Shown here: piece after piece, positions 12,095 through 26,016 of the stretch
Position numbering within the stretch: the first letter of the stretch is position 1
Layout of the letters: each line of letters begins with the position of its first letter
From: Prorocentrum cordatum
Taxonomy: Eukaryota
Assembly (NCBI GenBank): GCA_963575745.1
Contig: CAUYUJ010000013.1
Location: 1 to 64,000 of the forward strand
Reading direction: 5' to 3'
DNA length: 64,000 nt
Notes under the pieces: generated by a model
The model's input: the letters and a program-made list of their open reading frames with translations, nothing else
The model's database searches: none
Told to the model about the DNA's origin: nothing
Position numbers and translations under genes: made by a program

Positions 12095-12628
12095 CAGTCC
12101 CCCAGAGGACGACAAGGTCTCATGGTGATCTGCGTAAGACGCACCTCCGCCAGGCCTCCCAGGAGCCCACGGGAAAAGGCGACAGTTTCGCAGATCGCAC
12201 CCCCCCACGGAACGACGAGGTCTCAAGGTGATCTGCGTAAGACGCACCTCCGCTGGGGCTCCCAAGAGCCCACGAAAGCGGCGACTGTTTCGAAAATCGC
12301 AGCCCCCCAGGGGACGGCGAGGTCTCGCGGTGCTCTGCGTAAGACGCACCTCCGCTGGGCCTCCCAGGAGCCCAAGGAAGTGGCGACAGTTTAGCAGATC
12401 GCAACTTTCAGGGGACGGCGAGGTCTCGCGGTGCTCTGCGTAAGACGCACCTCCGCTGGGCCTCCCAGGAGCCCAAGAAAGTGGCGACAGTTTCGCAGAT
12501 CGCAACTTTCAGGGGACGGCGAGGACTCGCGGTGCTCTGCGTAAGACGCACCTCCGCTGGGCCTCCCGAGGAGCCCACGAGGGCGGCAACAGCTTCGCAG
12601 ATCGCACCCCCCCAGAGGACGGCGAGGT
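12095..12628. repeat. ~102-bp tandem repeat, ~5 copies
   Basis: GACGCACCTCCGC recurs at 12138, 12241, 12343, 12444 and 12545. Confidence 0.92.
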
Positions 12629-13735
12629 CGGTCCAGCGGCGCTGGACGTCGGCAGGGTCGGTGGCAAGGCACCCGCCGATCCGCTCGACCACGGGGCTCG
12701 CCCTGGGGCGGGCGCCTCCGAGGCAGCGGACCACAGCAGACGCAGTTCGAACGTCTGCGCGGCCCACGGCGCGGTCCGCCTCGAGGACTGAATCGTCCAA
12801 GAACTCCTGGCGGTCTCGTCGGAGTAGGGGGCGCGGGCGGCGCTGGAGGTTCAGGATGGCAGCCTCGGCCACGCAATCACGGCGACGGACCAAGTGCAAC
12901 GTGCGAGAGGCATCGATGACTGCGCCCTGCCAGAGCAGCTTCCGCGCCGGCGCCGCTGCACAGCGCCACGCGTATAGTCCCACAGCCAACCACTGTCGGT
13001 AGATCAGGCGGAGGTCGGGGGAGCGAGCCCGTCGCAAAGGGGCAATCTGACGAATGTACCACCACGCATCCCATGATATCCACTTCTTGTTGGGTTGGTC
13101 TTTCGGCCCCCGAAATGCACGCACGGCAGCACGGCGAACGGCGACGTTGACGGCATCCAGGTGGGAGTCGATGTCCAGGCCACCCCAAAATGAGGAGCGT
13201 GCTACTGCCGACCAGAGCTCCTACGGGAAAAATGCACACCGGGACTCGCACTGCAGCGACGCTTTGTTGAGGACGAGTGGGGGCGTCGCGGATGTACGGG
13301 GGCACGCCTGGGCCGCGCGCGGCGGTGACGTAATCTTGACTCGAGCTCCGACGGCGACGTGGTCGACCTGGGTGGAGAAAGTAAGAGCTACTGAATCCAA
13401 TGTCTGGCACCACGAGATGCCTGGAAGGGCGTGAGTGGGAACCAACACGTAGTCGATGCGCGACCAGTACCCTCAGGTGAACCGCCATGTCTGCGACGCG
13501 TGATCGAAAAACGTGTTGACAGCAGCCATGTCGAATGTCTGGAGGTAAGTCCGGAGGCGCTGGCCGTTGCAATTCTCCGCCTGCGAGGAGAAAGGTCAAA
13601 TTCCTGCGTCCAGTATGCTGCCCACGCGGGCTTTGTTGTCGATGAGTATGACAGTCATCCCAGGGTGCTTGACCCTTAACTTGATGGTGAGATTTGTGAG
13701 AGCATCCCACCAATCACACCGTACATCATCATCAA
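12600..13735 (-). pseudogene. LINE ORF2 fragment (C-terminal half of APE endonuclease + EN-RT linker), different family from the 4234 LINE
   Basis: Minus-strand motifs IDNKARVGS, ENCNGQRL, AVNTFF, TW, SRIDYVLVP, DHVAV, KKWISWDAW and RRWTDL..LWGG, with in-frame stops. Confidence 0.82.
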
Positions 13736-13739
13736 CATT

Positions 13740-14635
13740 CGGCGGGGTGAGGGTCCAAAAACACATAGGATTTGCCACATTTGTGAAATTTGCTGGCACC
13801 CCTCACGCAGATCGGCGGGGTCGGGGTCCAAAACAAATGGGATTTGCCACATTTCTGCAATGTGCTGGCACCCCTCACGCAAATCGGCGGGGTCAGGGTC
13901 CAAAAACATATAGGATTTGCCACATTTCTGACATTCGCTGGCACCCCTCACGCAGATCGGCGGGGTCAGGGTCCAAAACACAATGGATTTGCTACATTTC
14001 TGAAATTCGGTGGCACCCCTCACGCAGATCGGCGGGGTCAGGGTCCGAAAACCAAGGGGATTCCCAACATTTTCTGAAATTCGGTGGCACCCCTTACGCG
14101 GATCGACAGGGTCAGGGTCCAAAAACACATGGGATTTGCCACATGTCTGAAATTCGGCGGCACCCCTCACGCAGATCCGTACCCTGACTCCGGATCCGCC
14201 CTACTTCGGCTTTTTTTCCAACTTAAAATTGCGTCGGAAATCCACCTATAAGAGGCCGAAACAGTAGGGCGGAAACTGCTGCACCCAACATAAAATAGGG
14301 CGGAAATCCACAGAAACAGCAACAGAAAAGTAGGGCGGAAACTGGCATCAGCGGGGCTCGAAAAGTAAGGCGGAAATTCCAAGCCCTACTTACGAATTTC
14401 CCCAAAGTAGGGCGGATCCGGAGTCAGGGTAGGGTCAGGGTCCAAAAAATACACGGGATTTGCCACATGTCTTAAATTCGGTAGCACCCCTCACGCAAAT
14501 CCGTAGGGTCAGGATCGAAAAACAAACAGGTCCCGACACTGCTTCACGGCGGCGCCCAGACCTCATGATTTAGTTGTTGCATCTCCCATTATCCAAGACA
14601 GGGGGCCAGCGGCATGGGGCGAAGCCCTTACGGAT
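13740..14635. repeat. 73-bp satellite array with conserved hairpin-bearing terminus
   Basis: Unit ...CACCCCTCACGCAGATCGGCGGGGTCAGGGTCCAAAAACACATGGGATTTGCCACATTTCTGAAATTCGGTGG. The terminus GGGGGCC.GCGGCA.GGGGCGAAGCCCTTACGGATA is shared with the copy at 29449-30216. Confidence 0.9.
14182..14429. mobile_element. 248-bp MITE, TA target duplication (Tc1/mariner-type), inserted in the satellite
   Basis: Perfect 25-bp TIRs CCCTGACTCCGGATCCGCCCTACTT (14182-14206 / 14405-14429). TA at 14180-81 and 14430-31. The uninterrupted unit ATCCG-TA-GGGTCAGG is seen at ~14499. Confidence 0.92.
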
Positions 14636-15052
14636 ATATACATTCATACATACGTACACATATACATACATATATATATATATATATAACCTGCGCGTAT
14701 ACCGGCTAGGTGATTGTGCTGGGTAGCGATACTTGTAAAACAACGAGCCTGTGCTACTGCGGTCGTGTATAAGTGGGGCCGCTCCCTGGATGGGGACTCC
14801 CAGCGTGAGCGCAGTGGACTGGTGGGCAACTCAAGGACAGTGCATGGCACTCCTCCACCTCCATAAGTGCACCCGTCCCCCCAGGAAGTGAAACCAGGAT
14901 GGCCGATCTGAGGCGTATGCAAGGCACAGGCAATGAGCGCAAAGTGTGGTTAACAAGAACTGCTGCTGCAGGCGACGGTATGCAACATGTGTTCCACAGC
15001 GTGCACGTGGGCAAATTGCACACGTGCCCACAGTTGTGGAGCAGAAAGAACG

Positions 15053-16420
<1,368 letters not shown>

Positions 16421-16759
16421 GGCGCCGCTCGGCGACCGGCCCGCCAAGGCCTCCAGGCAGCCTGGTCCCCCACCCAGGGGTTGGCGCCGCGCGCGCGCCT
16501 CGCAGCACGCCGCCCAGCGCGTCCTCGGTCACGTCCTGCTCCACCAGCGCGTGGTACTCGGCGGCGGCCCCAGCGGAGACGGGCAGTATGCACAAACCTT
16601 CGACGGCCCGCGCGGATGTACTGGATCTGCGCTGGACCTACCTTCCAGGCGTAAGGAGCACGTCAGGGGCGGCGCCAGAGGCGCCGCTACGTGGGTCCAC
16701 GCGGACCGTCGAACATTTATGTTGACCTGTACGACCACCCTTCTGATGATTAGGTGTGG

Positions 16760-17130
16760 AGGGGGCCATCGGGACACCATCGGGGCACCATTTGGATACC
16801 ATCGGGGCACCATCGGGGCACCATTGGGCACCATCGGAACACCATCGAAACACCCTCGAAACGTCATCTGGACACCATCGGACACCATCGGAACACCATC
16901 GGGGCACCATCGGGACACCATCGGGGCACCATCGGGACACCATCGGGACACCATCGGGGCACCCCGTGGACACCATCGGGACACACCCAAGCCACCGCCA
17001 CGCCCTACCAACGGCGAGTACATTCCGCTCGCCCGCCCACGCAGCTTCGCCTCGCACGCCCGCACGCACGCGCGACACCGAAACCGATTTGCTGGTGGGG
17101 TTCTCCGTTTCACTGCGATGTCACCCCAAA
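16760..17130 (+). repeat. dispersed repeat with internal 11-bp GGGACACCATC array (related copies 40370-40680, 41890-42180)
   Basis: Shared GCCCGCCCACGCAGCTTCGC...CACGCGCGACAC...CTGCGATGTCACCCC downstream of the 11-mer array. Confidence 0.8.
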
Positions 17131-19404
17131 AACCTCCGATGCAGTTTTTTCATCTTCGAGGCAAGGACGGAGGAGCAGAGGGGTACCAATGTGAGCGGAA
17201 AACCGACTCGGGTGTGCTGGCCCGAAGGCGCCTCACGGCGCACCCACAGCTGAAGCCGGAGCCAACGCTGAGGTGCTCAGAAAAATGGACAGTGCCCACC
17301 CTGCAGGTTCGGTTGACAGCACATCGTTGAGCAGTACTGCAGCCTCCCCTGAGGTTCGACAAGAGGATAGCAGCCAAGAGATCGAGATCTGTAGCTCCAC
17401 TTCCACTGACCATCGCCGTTTCCTCTCACCAGGGGGTGAACACGTCGATGTGCAGACTGGAGGGGCAGGTCAGGGCGCGCGGGTCAGCACCTGCTTGGCA
17501 ATGGCCACACCCGGGTCCGTCTACTACGCGCGGCGGCCCTGGAGGGGCGACAATGGGGGAGGGCGAGGGGGGCCCTGCTGGGAGTGGGCCTCGGACCACG
17601 CGGAGCGCTCCCGGGGACCCCGGGCAGCCTCTCGGAGTGCCCAGGAAGGGCCTCGAAGAGGCGGAGGTCCTCAGGACCCTTTTCCTGCGCGCTGAGCTGT
17701 GGTCGTTCCCCCCCTCTGTGCTCTTGGTGGTTTTTGGAAACGGCAGTGCCGTGACTTCGTTTCCTGTTTCCGAACATCCTGATCTTGAGAATGAAAGCGG
17801 TAAAACAAGCGGTCGCCGAAACGAGAGAAAGATCTGCTCCAGGACGGAGGCCGGAGTCGGAACCCAGTAACACATGGCAGAAGAACAGACAAAGTTATAA
17901 ACGACGCCGCAAGAGGGAGCAAAAACGGCAAAACGAGCATGGAGAAACAGCTGCCCCGTGGGCTCCAAGAGCCACCAAGCCGACCAGCCATGACTGGGGG
18001 AGCTGTGGTCCTTACCCCCCTGGGGGAACCCATCGCGTCGACGATCTCTCGAGAGGGGTGTCGAAATCGATGGGTCCCCCAGGGGGGTAAGTCTGTGCTC
18101 GTGCCCTCGCCGTCGTCCTTCGCATTTTTTGGGGGGCCGGCGCGGGGCTCGCCTCGAGCCGACGCCTGGCGCCCACGCAGCGGCCACCTGTCTTTGAGCC
18201 CGAGGGGGGCCCCTCTCCTGCAGCACACCCTCTTTGGGCGCCCGAGTTATCCGATTCGGGTTCGGATTCCCGAAAAACGAACCCGAGTTGGCCCTGACCC
18301 GAGTTACCCCTGATGATTCGGGGCTCCCCTCCTCTTCACCGGCGGGCTCCTCTCGGGGATGGAGGACGGACCCCCCTTTAGTGGAACGCGGTTTAGTGAG
18401 AACGACCCGAGGCCCAAACCCGGCGGGCGCGAGCCTGGAAAATAACGGCCACGGCGCCCTCTCGAGAACCGAAAACGGACGATTCACGAATCGACGTGTC
18501 ACTGTTGGGGGTTCTGTCCACCTCCGATCCTCCCCTGGAAGTATCCGGGGGACCTCCTACAGAAGCCCTCGGCAGCCCAGAAAAACCTCCGCAGAGGCCC
18601 ACGGAGGCCTCCGAGGGCCTCCAAAGACCCCAGCAAGGTGCCAAAACAAAGCCGGAGTGAGACGCGTTCGCTGCTTTGACACTTCTGGGGGCCACGATCG
18701 AAGAGAACATCCGCGACCCTCGATGGAGGATCAAGGATCCGCGATCGATCCTTGAGGTCGAGGACGGTATCCTCGATCCTCGATACTTGTGGTGTCTTTT
18801 GACACCCACCAGCTCGAGGATCGAGGACGAGCTCCTCGATCGTCGGTCTGGAGGTCGAGCCTCCGTCTCCGGAGACACAAAACCTCCAGGAGGGAGGAAA
18901 GCACGCCTCCAGAGTGGAGGTCGAGCTTCCACTCAGGGACGTCTGGAATCCTCTGGGGCCCAGGAGCTCCCAGAGGGGGAGGGCGCGGACCGAACACTTC
19001 CTCCTTTGGGACTCCCGCCGGCTTCAGGGGCCCCTGAGGTCCCACGGAGCCTCCGAGGGGCCTCCAAGAGCAATGCCAGCACTTCGCTCTGGATGCCAGG
19101 CCTCAGTTCTGGAGCCTCCCTGCGCGGATCTCCTGGGTGGCACCAGAGGCGCCGCCAGCGCGGGGCCCAGCGCCGATCCAAGAAATCTGCGCGGACCTCC
19201 GAGAGTTTCTGCTCATGCAGTTTTTTCCTTCCTCGAAGGATAGAGAATTATCCCGGCAAACCAATCTAACAGCGATGTGTAGGAGCATATCTGGAAGCAT
19301 TCCCCTCAAGATTCAGATGAGAATCCAGTTGTAGAATTCTGCTGTTCTCGCAGTCGTAGTCGCATTCGCGATGACAGTCGCAGTGGCAACGGCAGTCGCA
19401 GTCA

Positions 19405-20627
19405 CAGCCTCAGCCTCAGCCTGCCTCAGCATCAGCCTGCCTCAGCCTCAGCCTGCCTCAGCCTCAGCCTCAGCCTGCTTCAGCCTCAGCCTCAGTCTGC
19501 CTTCAGCCTCGGCCTCAGCCTCAGCCTGCCTCAGCCTCAGCCTGCATCAGCCTCAGCCTCAGCCTCAGCCTGCCTCAGCATCAGCCTGCCTCAGCCTCAG
19601 CCTCAGCCTGCCTCAGCCTCAGCCTCAGCCTGCTTCAGCCTCAGCCTCAGTCTGCCTTCAGCCTCGGCCTCAGCCTCAGCCTGCCTCAGCCTCAGCCTGC
19701 ATCAGCCTCAGCCTCAGCCTCAGCCTGCCTCAGCATCAGCCTGCCTCAGCCTCAGCCTCAGCCTGCCTCAGCCTCAGCCTCAGCCTGCCTCAGCCTCAGC
19801 CTCAGCCTCAGCCTGCTTCAGCCTCAGCCTCAGTCTGCCTTCAGCCTCGGCCTCAGCCTCAGCCTGCCTCAGCCTCAGCCTGCATCAGCCTCAGCCTCAG
19901 CCTGCCTCAGCCTCAGCCTGCCTCAGCCTCAGCCTCAGCCTCAGCCTCAGCCTCAGCCTCAGCCTCAGCCTCAGCCTCAGCCTCAGCCTCAGCCTTGCAG
20001 CCTCAGCCTGCAGCCTCAGCCTCAGCAGCCTCAGCCTGCCTCAGCCTCAGCCTCAGCCTGCCTCAGCCTCAGCCTCAGCCTCAGCCTGCCTCAGCCTCAG
20101 CCTGCAGCCTCAGCTCTGCCAGCCTCAGCTGCTCAGCCTCAGCCTCAGTCATCAGCCTCAGCCTCCTCAGCCTCAGCCTCAGCCTCAGCCTCAGCCTGCC
20201 TTCAGCCTGCCTCAGCCTCAGCCTCAGCCTGCCAGCCTCAGCCTCAGTCTGCCTTCAGCCTCGGCCTCAGCCTCAGCCTGCCTCAGCCTCAGCCTGCATC
20301 AGCCTCAGCCTCAGCCTCAGCCTGCCTCAGCATCAGCCTGCCTCAGCCTCAGCCTCAGCCTGCCTCAGCCTCAGCCTCAGCCTGCTTCAGCCTCAGCCTC
20401 AGTCTGCCTTCAGCCTCGGCCTCAGCCTCAGCCTGCCTCAGCCTCAGCCTGCATCAGCCTCAGCCTCAGCCTCAGCCTGCCTCAGCATCAGCCTGCCTCA
20501 GCCTCAGCCTCAGCCTGCCTCAGCCTCAGCCTCAGCCTGCTTCAGCCTCAGCCTCAGTCTGCCTTCAGCCTCGGCCTCAGCCTCAGCCTGCCTCAGCCTC
20601 AGCCTGCCTCAGCATCAGCCTGCCTCA
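19405..20627. repeat. (CAGCCT)n hexamer minisatellite with repeated variant blocks
   Basis: Direct reading. The variant block AGTCTGCCTTCAGCCTCGG recurs several times. Confidence 0.95.
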
Positions 20628-20988
20628 GCATTCAAAATGTGGCCCGGGAATGGAGTTCTGGGAACTCGAAGAACACGAAGTGGCCTACAGTTGGCTCCGG
20701 GCATTCAAAATCATGCCCAGGAATGGAGTTCTGGGAACTCGAAGACCACGAAGTGGCCTACAGTTGGCTCCGGGCATTCAAAATCATGCCCAGGAATGGA
20801 GTTCTGGGAACTCGAAGACCACGAAGTGGCCTACAGTTGGCTCCGGGCATTCAAAATCATGCCCAGGAATGGAGTTCTGGGAACTCGAAGACCACGAAGT
20901 GGCCTACAGTTGGCTCCGGGCATTCAAAATCATGCCCAGGAATGGAGTTCTGGGAACTCGAAGACCAAGAAGTGCGTTACTGTTGGCT
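20628..20988. repeat. 73-bp tandem repeat, ~5 near-identical copies (unrelated to the 13740 satellite)
   Basis: GCATTCAAAA at 20628, 20701, 20774, 20847 and 20920. Confidence 0.95.
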
Positions 20989-21781
20989 AAAAAAGAAATC
21001 CCCGGATTCCCGCGGGAGTCCCCGGATTCCCGCGGCACCCGTCCGGCATCTGCCCAGACCCCACTGGGAAGTCATGATGCTATTTTGAGACCACTAGAAA
21101 CCTATCAGTCTTCGCTGTAAGGTAAAAACGCCTCCAGAGTGGAGGTCGAACCTACATTTTGAAGGATCTTGATCCTCTGGGCTGGGTGAAATCGAGTGCA
21201 ATGTGCGACCATTGCCATCCCTGCCACCACGGGTCCCATCGACGATGGAGCATCGGACAACCCCGTGGGGGGCTTACTCGGCTGCGGACATCCTTCAGGG
21301 GCACTGAAAACACAAAACAGCCTGTAAAAGCATAAACTTTCGCGCAACAGGGGCGGCGCCGGAGGCGAGTGCTTATGCCGTTGCTTGGCCCTGTATCCCT
21401 CCGCAAAATCAAGCTCAAGTTCGCTTCCCGCGAGGTGGCGGCGCCCCTGGAGACCCGATGTCAATGTTCGCGACGAAACAGGCGACTGCTGCATATTGTT
21501 TTTCGACCCGCGGGCCGCGCCGCGCGCGTTGCTGAACATTGAAATCGAGGGGCGAGGGGGTTGGATAAAAACTTGCGTCTGATTTCGCGGGGGGTTGCAG
21601 GCAAGAGAAACCTTCGGCGCGCGGCTTGCCGATTGTTGACAGCGGCGACCTGCGTGCTTGTGCCTTACCGACGTCAATCTCAGGCTGTGTGGGGGGGGGG
21701 TCAAATTTACCTGACGGGGCCGCCAGAAAAATGGCGGGACCTCGCCTGAAACTTGACGCGAGCTTCTAGGGCAAACACCTA

Positions 21782-21951
21782 GGGCGACGAAATCTATACA
21801 TATCCACTGCTCCCTGGCAAGGCCCATCCTGAACCTGGCAGCGGTGTATGCGCCACGCCGACCTGGCTTGACCAGGAGGGCGTATACACAGTTCCCGGGT
21901 TCAGGATGAGCCTGGCCAGGGAGAAGCGGACATGTATAGATTTCGTCGCCC
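21782..21951. repeat. 170-bp imperfect palindrome (hairpin MITE-like)
   Basis: Arms GGGCGACGAAATCTATACAT...GTGTATGCGCC and their reverse complement (~73 bp each), with an inner CCTGG-cttga-CCAGG. Confidence 0.85.
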
Positions 21952-22674
21952 GAGCCAGAGGCCTCCTAGATCGGGGTCGGAGCAGATGCGGACGGAGGGT
22001 CGCGCCACATCGAGGGTACATCGCCGATGCATCGGGGATGCATCGGCGACGTCAGCGATGCATCGGCAACGCCGGCGCGGAGAAAATCGGGGCCCACACC
22101 GAGCCGCATCCCCTATGCGTCGGCGATGCGTCGGGAGCGGCCAAGAGGGGGGTGTCCAAGAGGGGGGGATGCAAATCATGACCGGCGGCATGTGTGCGGC
22201 CCAGCGGGGGGGCCAGGGACGTAATGAAATGAGAGGAGGCGCCATGAAATCTGAGGAAATATCATGGCCCCCTCGATTCGGCTACATGCAGGAGTGACCC
22301 TGGGTAAGAGTGACCTTTGGTGCGCGGCTTTTGGGGGGCCGTGGGGGGACCAAACACAGGCGCGCAAGGCGCTACTATCGCATCGCGTTCGGCGATCGGG
22401 GGGCCCCAGTGGGCCCGCACCTAAGGTCACTCCGGCGAAAGGTCACTCTTACGTCTAATCGATCGATGATATCCGCCCCCCCCCCCGGTCATCACCCCCC
22501 TCTTCGCTGCCCCCGGCATCTGCTCGGACCCCCTCTGGGAAGCCCAGGCGAACACCTCGCGGAAGCTCGGCCGTCGAAGCCACGGGCCCCGGGCCCCCCG
22601 CAGACCGCGCAGCGGGGCCGCGCCCGCGGGGCGCCGCTCTCGGGGCCGGCGGGGTGCCGTCGGGCGCGCCGAAG

Positions 22675-23056
22675 AGAGGAGGAGGAGGGGGAGGAGGAGG
22701 AGGAGGAGGAGGAGGAGGAGGAGGAGGAGGAGGAGGAGGAGGAGGAGGAGGGAGGAGGAGAGAGGAGGGAGGAGGAGGAGGAGGAGGAGGAGGAGAGGAG
22801 GAGGAGGAGGAGGGAGGAGGGAGGAGGGAGGAGGGCAAGGGGAGGAGGCGCACCGTGGCCCGCGGCACGGTGCGCGGACGAGGGGGGGGGAGCTGTCGGG
22901 GGGGGATGCGGCGAGGGGAGGGTCCCGACGGCCGGGAGGCGTCGTGGACCTGGCCATGGTAGCCACACGAGCACACGCAGACGCAGACGCACACGCACAC
23001 GAACACGCACGCGCACACAAACACGCACACGCACACGCACACGCACACGCACACGC

Positions 23057-23098
<42 letters not shown>

Positions 23099-23297
23099 AC
23101 ACGCGCACACGCGCACACGCGCACACGCGCACACGCGCACACGCACACACGCACACCACGCACACACGCACACACACGCACACACGCACACCGCACACAC
23201 GCACACACACACACACACACACACGCGCACACGCGCACACGCACACACGCACACACGCACACACACACACGCACACACGCACACGCCACACACGCAC

Positions 23298-23346
<49 letters not shown>

Positions 23347-23397
23347 CGCACACGCACGCACACGCACACGCACACGCACACGCGCACGCACACACGC

Positions 23398-23432
<35 letters not shown>

Positions 23433-23454
23433 ACGCACACGCACACGCACACGC

Positions 23455-23506
<52 letters not shown>

Positions 23507-23550
23507 ACGCACACGCACACCAACAACACACACCACACACACACACGCAC

Positions 23551-23586
<36 letters not shown>

Positions 23587-23799
23587 GCATGCATGCACGC
23601 ACACACGCACACACGCACACACGCACACACGCACACACGCACACACGCACGCACACACGCACACACGCACACACGCACACCACACACACACACACACACA
23701 CGCAGCACACGCACACGCACACGCACACCACGCACACGCACACGCACACGCAACACGCACACGCACACGCACACGCACGCACACGCACACGCACACGGC

Positions 23800-23878
<79 letters not shown>

Positions 23879-23882
23879 ACGC

Positions 23883-23921
<39 letters not shown>

Positions 23922-23922
23922 G

Positions 23923-23967
<45 letters not shown>

Positions 23968-24008
23968 GACGCACACGCACACGCACACGCACACGCAGAC
24001 ACGCACAC
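22675..24008. repeat. (GAG)n tract (22675-22850) and ~1-kb (CA)n/(CACG)n alternating purine-pyrimidine tract (22965-24008)
   Basis: Direct reading. Confidence 0.95.
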
Positions 24009-24417
24009 CTGCAGTCATCGTGCTAGCTTTGCGCGACGCGGCGAGCCTCGGCGTTGAACAGGTCCCCCGAACTAGACCTAAGGAGCGGCCCAGAAACTCC
24101 AGAGCCCCTCCTGAACCCAGTGTGGTCCTTATTTCAGCACCTTGACTGTAGTCCCCGCCCCTTGCCTGAGATCCGATGCTGCGAATCAATCGCACCAACG
24201 CAAAAGATCACGACTGGAGCGCCAGACCCCATCTCTCTGGGGCACTTGTCGAGCCAGATCGATCTGTGATGGTCCAGTCGCTCGAGCCCGGGCGAAAGTG
24301 CCTGGTGTGGAGAATCTCCACAAAGACCAAATCTCGGGTTGAATGCCTTCGACTCCAATGCGTGGACAAGCACGACCCCAGGAGCTGGCCGAGGAGGTGC
24401 GCGGCGCGGAGGGGCGA

Positions 24418-24739
24418 CCCTGACTCCAGATCCGCCTTACTTTGGGCGACTTCTCAGGTAGGGCGGGGAGATTTCCGCCCTACTTGTCAAGCTCCTCCGA
24501 TGCCGACATCTGCTGTACTTTTCCGTGGTTGTTTCCGCCCTGCTCCTGTGGGTGTCCGCCCTGCTCCGTAGACAGCTTTGAAGGCAGTTCCGCCAAGCCG
24601 TGGAACTTTTTACAAAATTACGTGGGAACTTCCGCCTCATTTTCCGAAGGCAGAAACCTTCGCCCCACTTGTTTGCATCCTGCGGGACGCGCTTTCAGCA
24701 CAGTTCTGAGTCGGGGAGTCGACAGATCCGGAGTCAGGG
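24418..24739. mobile_element. diverged relative of the 14182 MITE
   Basis: Left end CCCTGACTCCAGATCCGCCTTACTT, right end GATCCGGAGTCAGGG, internal TTCCGCCCT repeats. The TA TSD is not retained. Confidence 0.75.
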
Positions 24740-25204
24740 GGAGCAGGAGGGTGGGGGAGCGGTCTCGTCGTCCTCCGTCTCTGCCTCGGTGCGGGTGGTC
24801 CCGTCTCTCCTGCCCGCGGCCGCCGCGCCCCGTCTTCCACCCCCCATGGGCACGAGGCGGCCGCGCACCGCCCGGGAGCATCGGCGCCCACGGCTGTCGG
24901 AGTCCTGCCGGGGAACCCTGGGGAGCGGCGGGCGACACACGTGTGCCCGCCCTGCAGGGGGCGGGGCACACGTCCATCGGACATCCACCTTCTCCTCGAG
25001 GGGCGATGGAGGTCCTGGGGCACGACCCCGAGGCGGTGGACACGGACAGGCTCTGGCGGCAGAGGACGAGGACCGAGGCTCGCGGCTCGAGGCCTTCGTG
25101 AACTCCCCGGCCCTCTCTTGACTCCTGGCTGGGCTCCGCCGGGAGCCCCCGTGGGCCTGCCAGGGGTCTGAGGGGGCCTGGGGAGAGATGCGGAGACTGC
25201 GGCG

Positions 25205-25322
25205 AGGGAGGGAGAGAGGGAGGGAGAGAGGGAGGGAGAGAGGGAGGGAGAGAGGGAGGGAGAGAGGGAGGGAGAGAGGGAGGGAGAGAGGGAGGAGAGG
25301 GAGGGAGAGAGGGAGGGAGAGA
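25205..25322. repeat. (GAGGGAGGGAGA)n 12-mer purine tract
   Basis: Direct reading. Confidence 0.9.
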
Positions 25323-25848
25323 GGACGCTTCCGGCCTGGGGGGGCTTCTGGACGTCTTTGTCCCTTCGGGGGCCTCGGGAAGCTGTCGGCGTCCCAAGAT
25401 CCAGGCCTCTGGACATCTCCGGCGCTGCTCGGGCCTGCTGAGGCCATCGACGCTCGAGGGAAAAAGCTTTGGGACGGCTTCGACCTCCTTCTGGCCTCCT
25501 TCTGGCCATCGGCGCTCGAGAACCCAGGCTTCTGCTTCGGGCTCTCCTCGTGCCTCCTCGTGCTTCCCTGCAGGCTGGCTGGGGCGGACTGCCCCGCCCT
25601 CTCCAGGACGGCGTGCGGCCCTGCGCCTCGCCTGCAGGGCGACAGGCCAGCGTGGGGGGGGGGGGAGGGGAGAGGTGCACGCAGGAGGGCGCGAGAAGCG
25701 AGGATGGCGTGCGGCCCTGCGCCTTGCCTTCAGGGCGACAGGCCAGCGCGGGGGGGGGGGGAGAGGTGCACGCTGGAGGGCGAGAGAAGAGCGAGGGACG
25801 GCTGGAGGTCCAGGGCAGCGAGAGGGGGAGCAGCAAGCGGTGCCTTAA

Positions 25849-26016
25849 GTCGGGCCTGTCCCCCTACAGGCCGATTTTGGACGAAAAAATAAAATACCAA
25901 ACCAAAAATACACTAAAAATGCAAAACAAAAAAAAAAAAAAAATGTCACAATAAATAGTCCACAGACTATTTTTGACTATTTTTGAATATTCCCCCTGTA
26001 GAGGGACAGGCCCGAC
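25849..26016. mobile_element. 168-bp MITE flanked by TTAA
   Basis: 22-bp TIR GTCGGGCCTGTCCC(C/T)CTACAGG with 1 mismatch. TTAA at 25845-48 and 26017-20. AT-rich interior. Confidence 0.85.
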
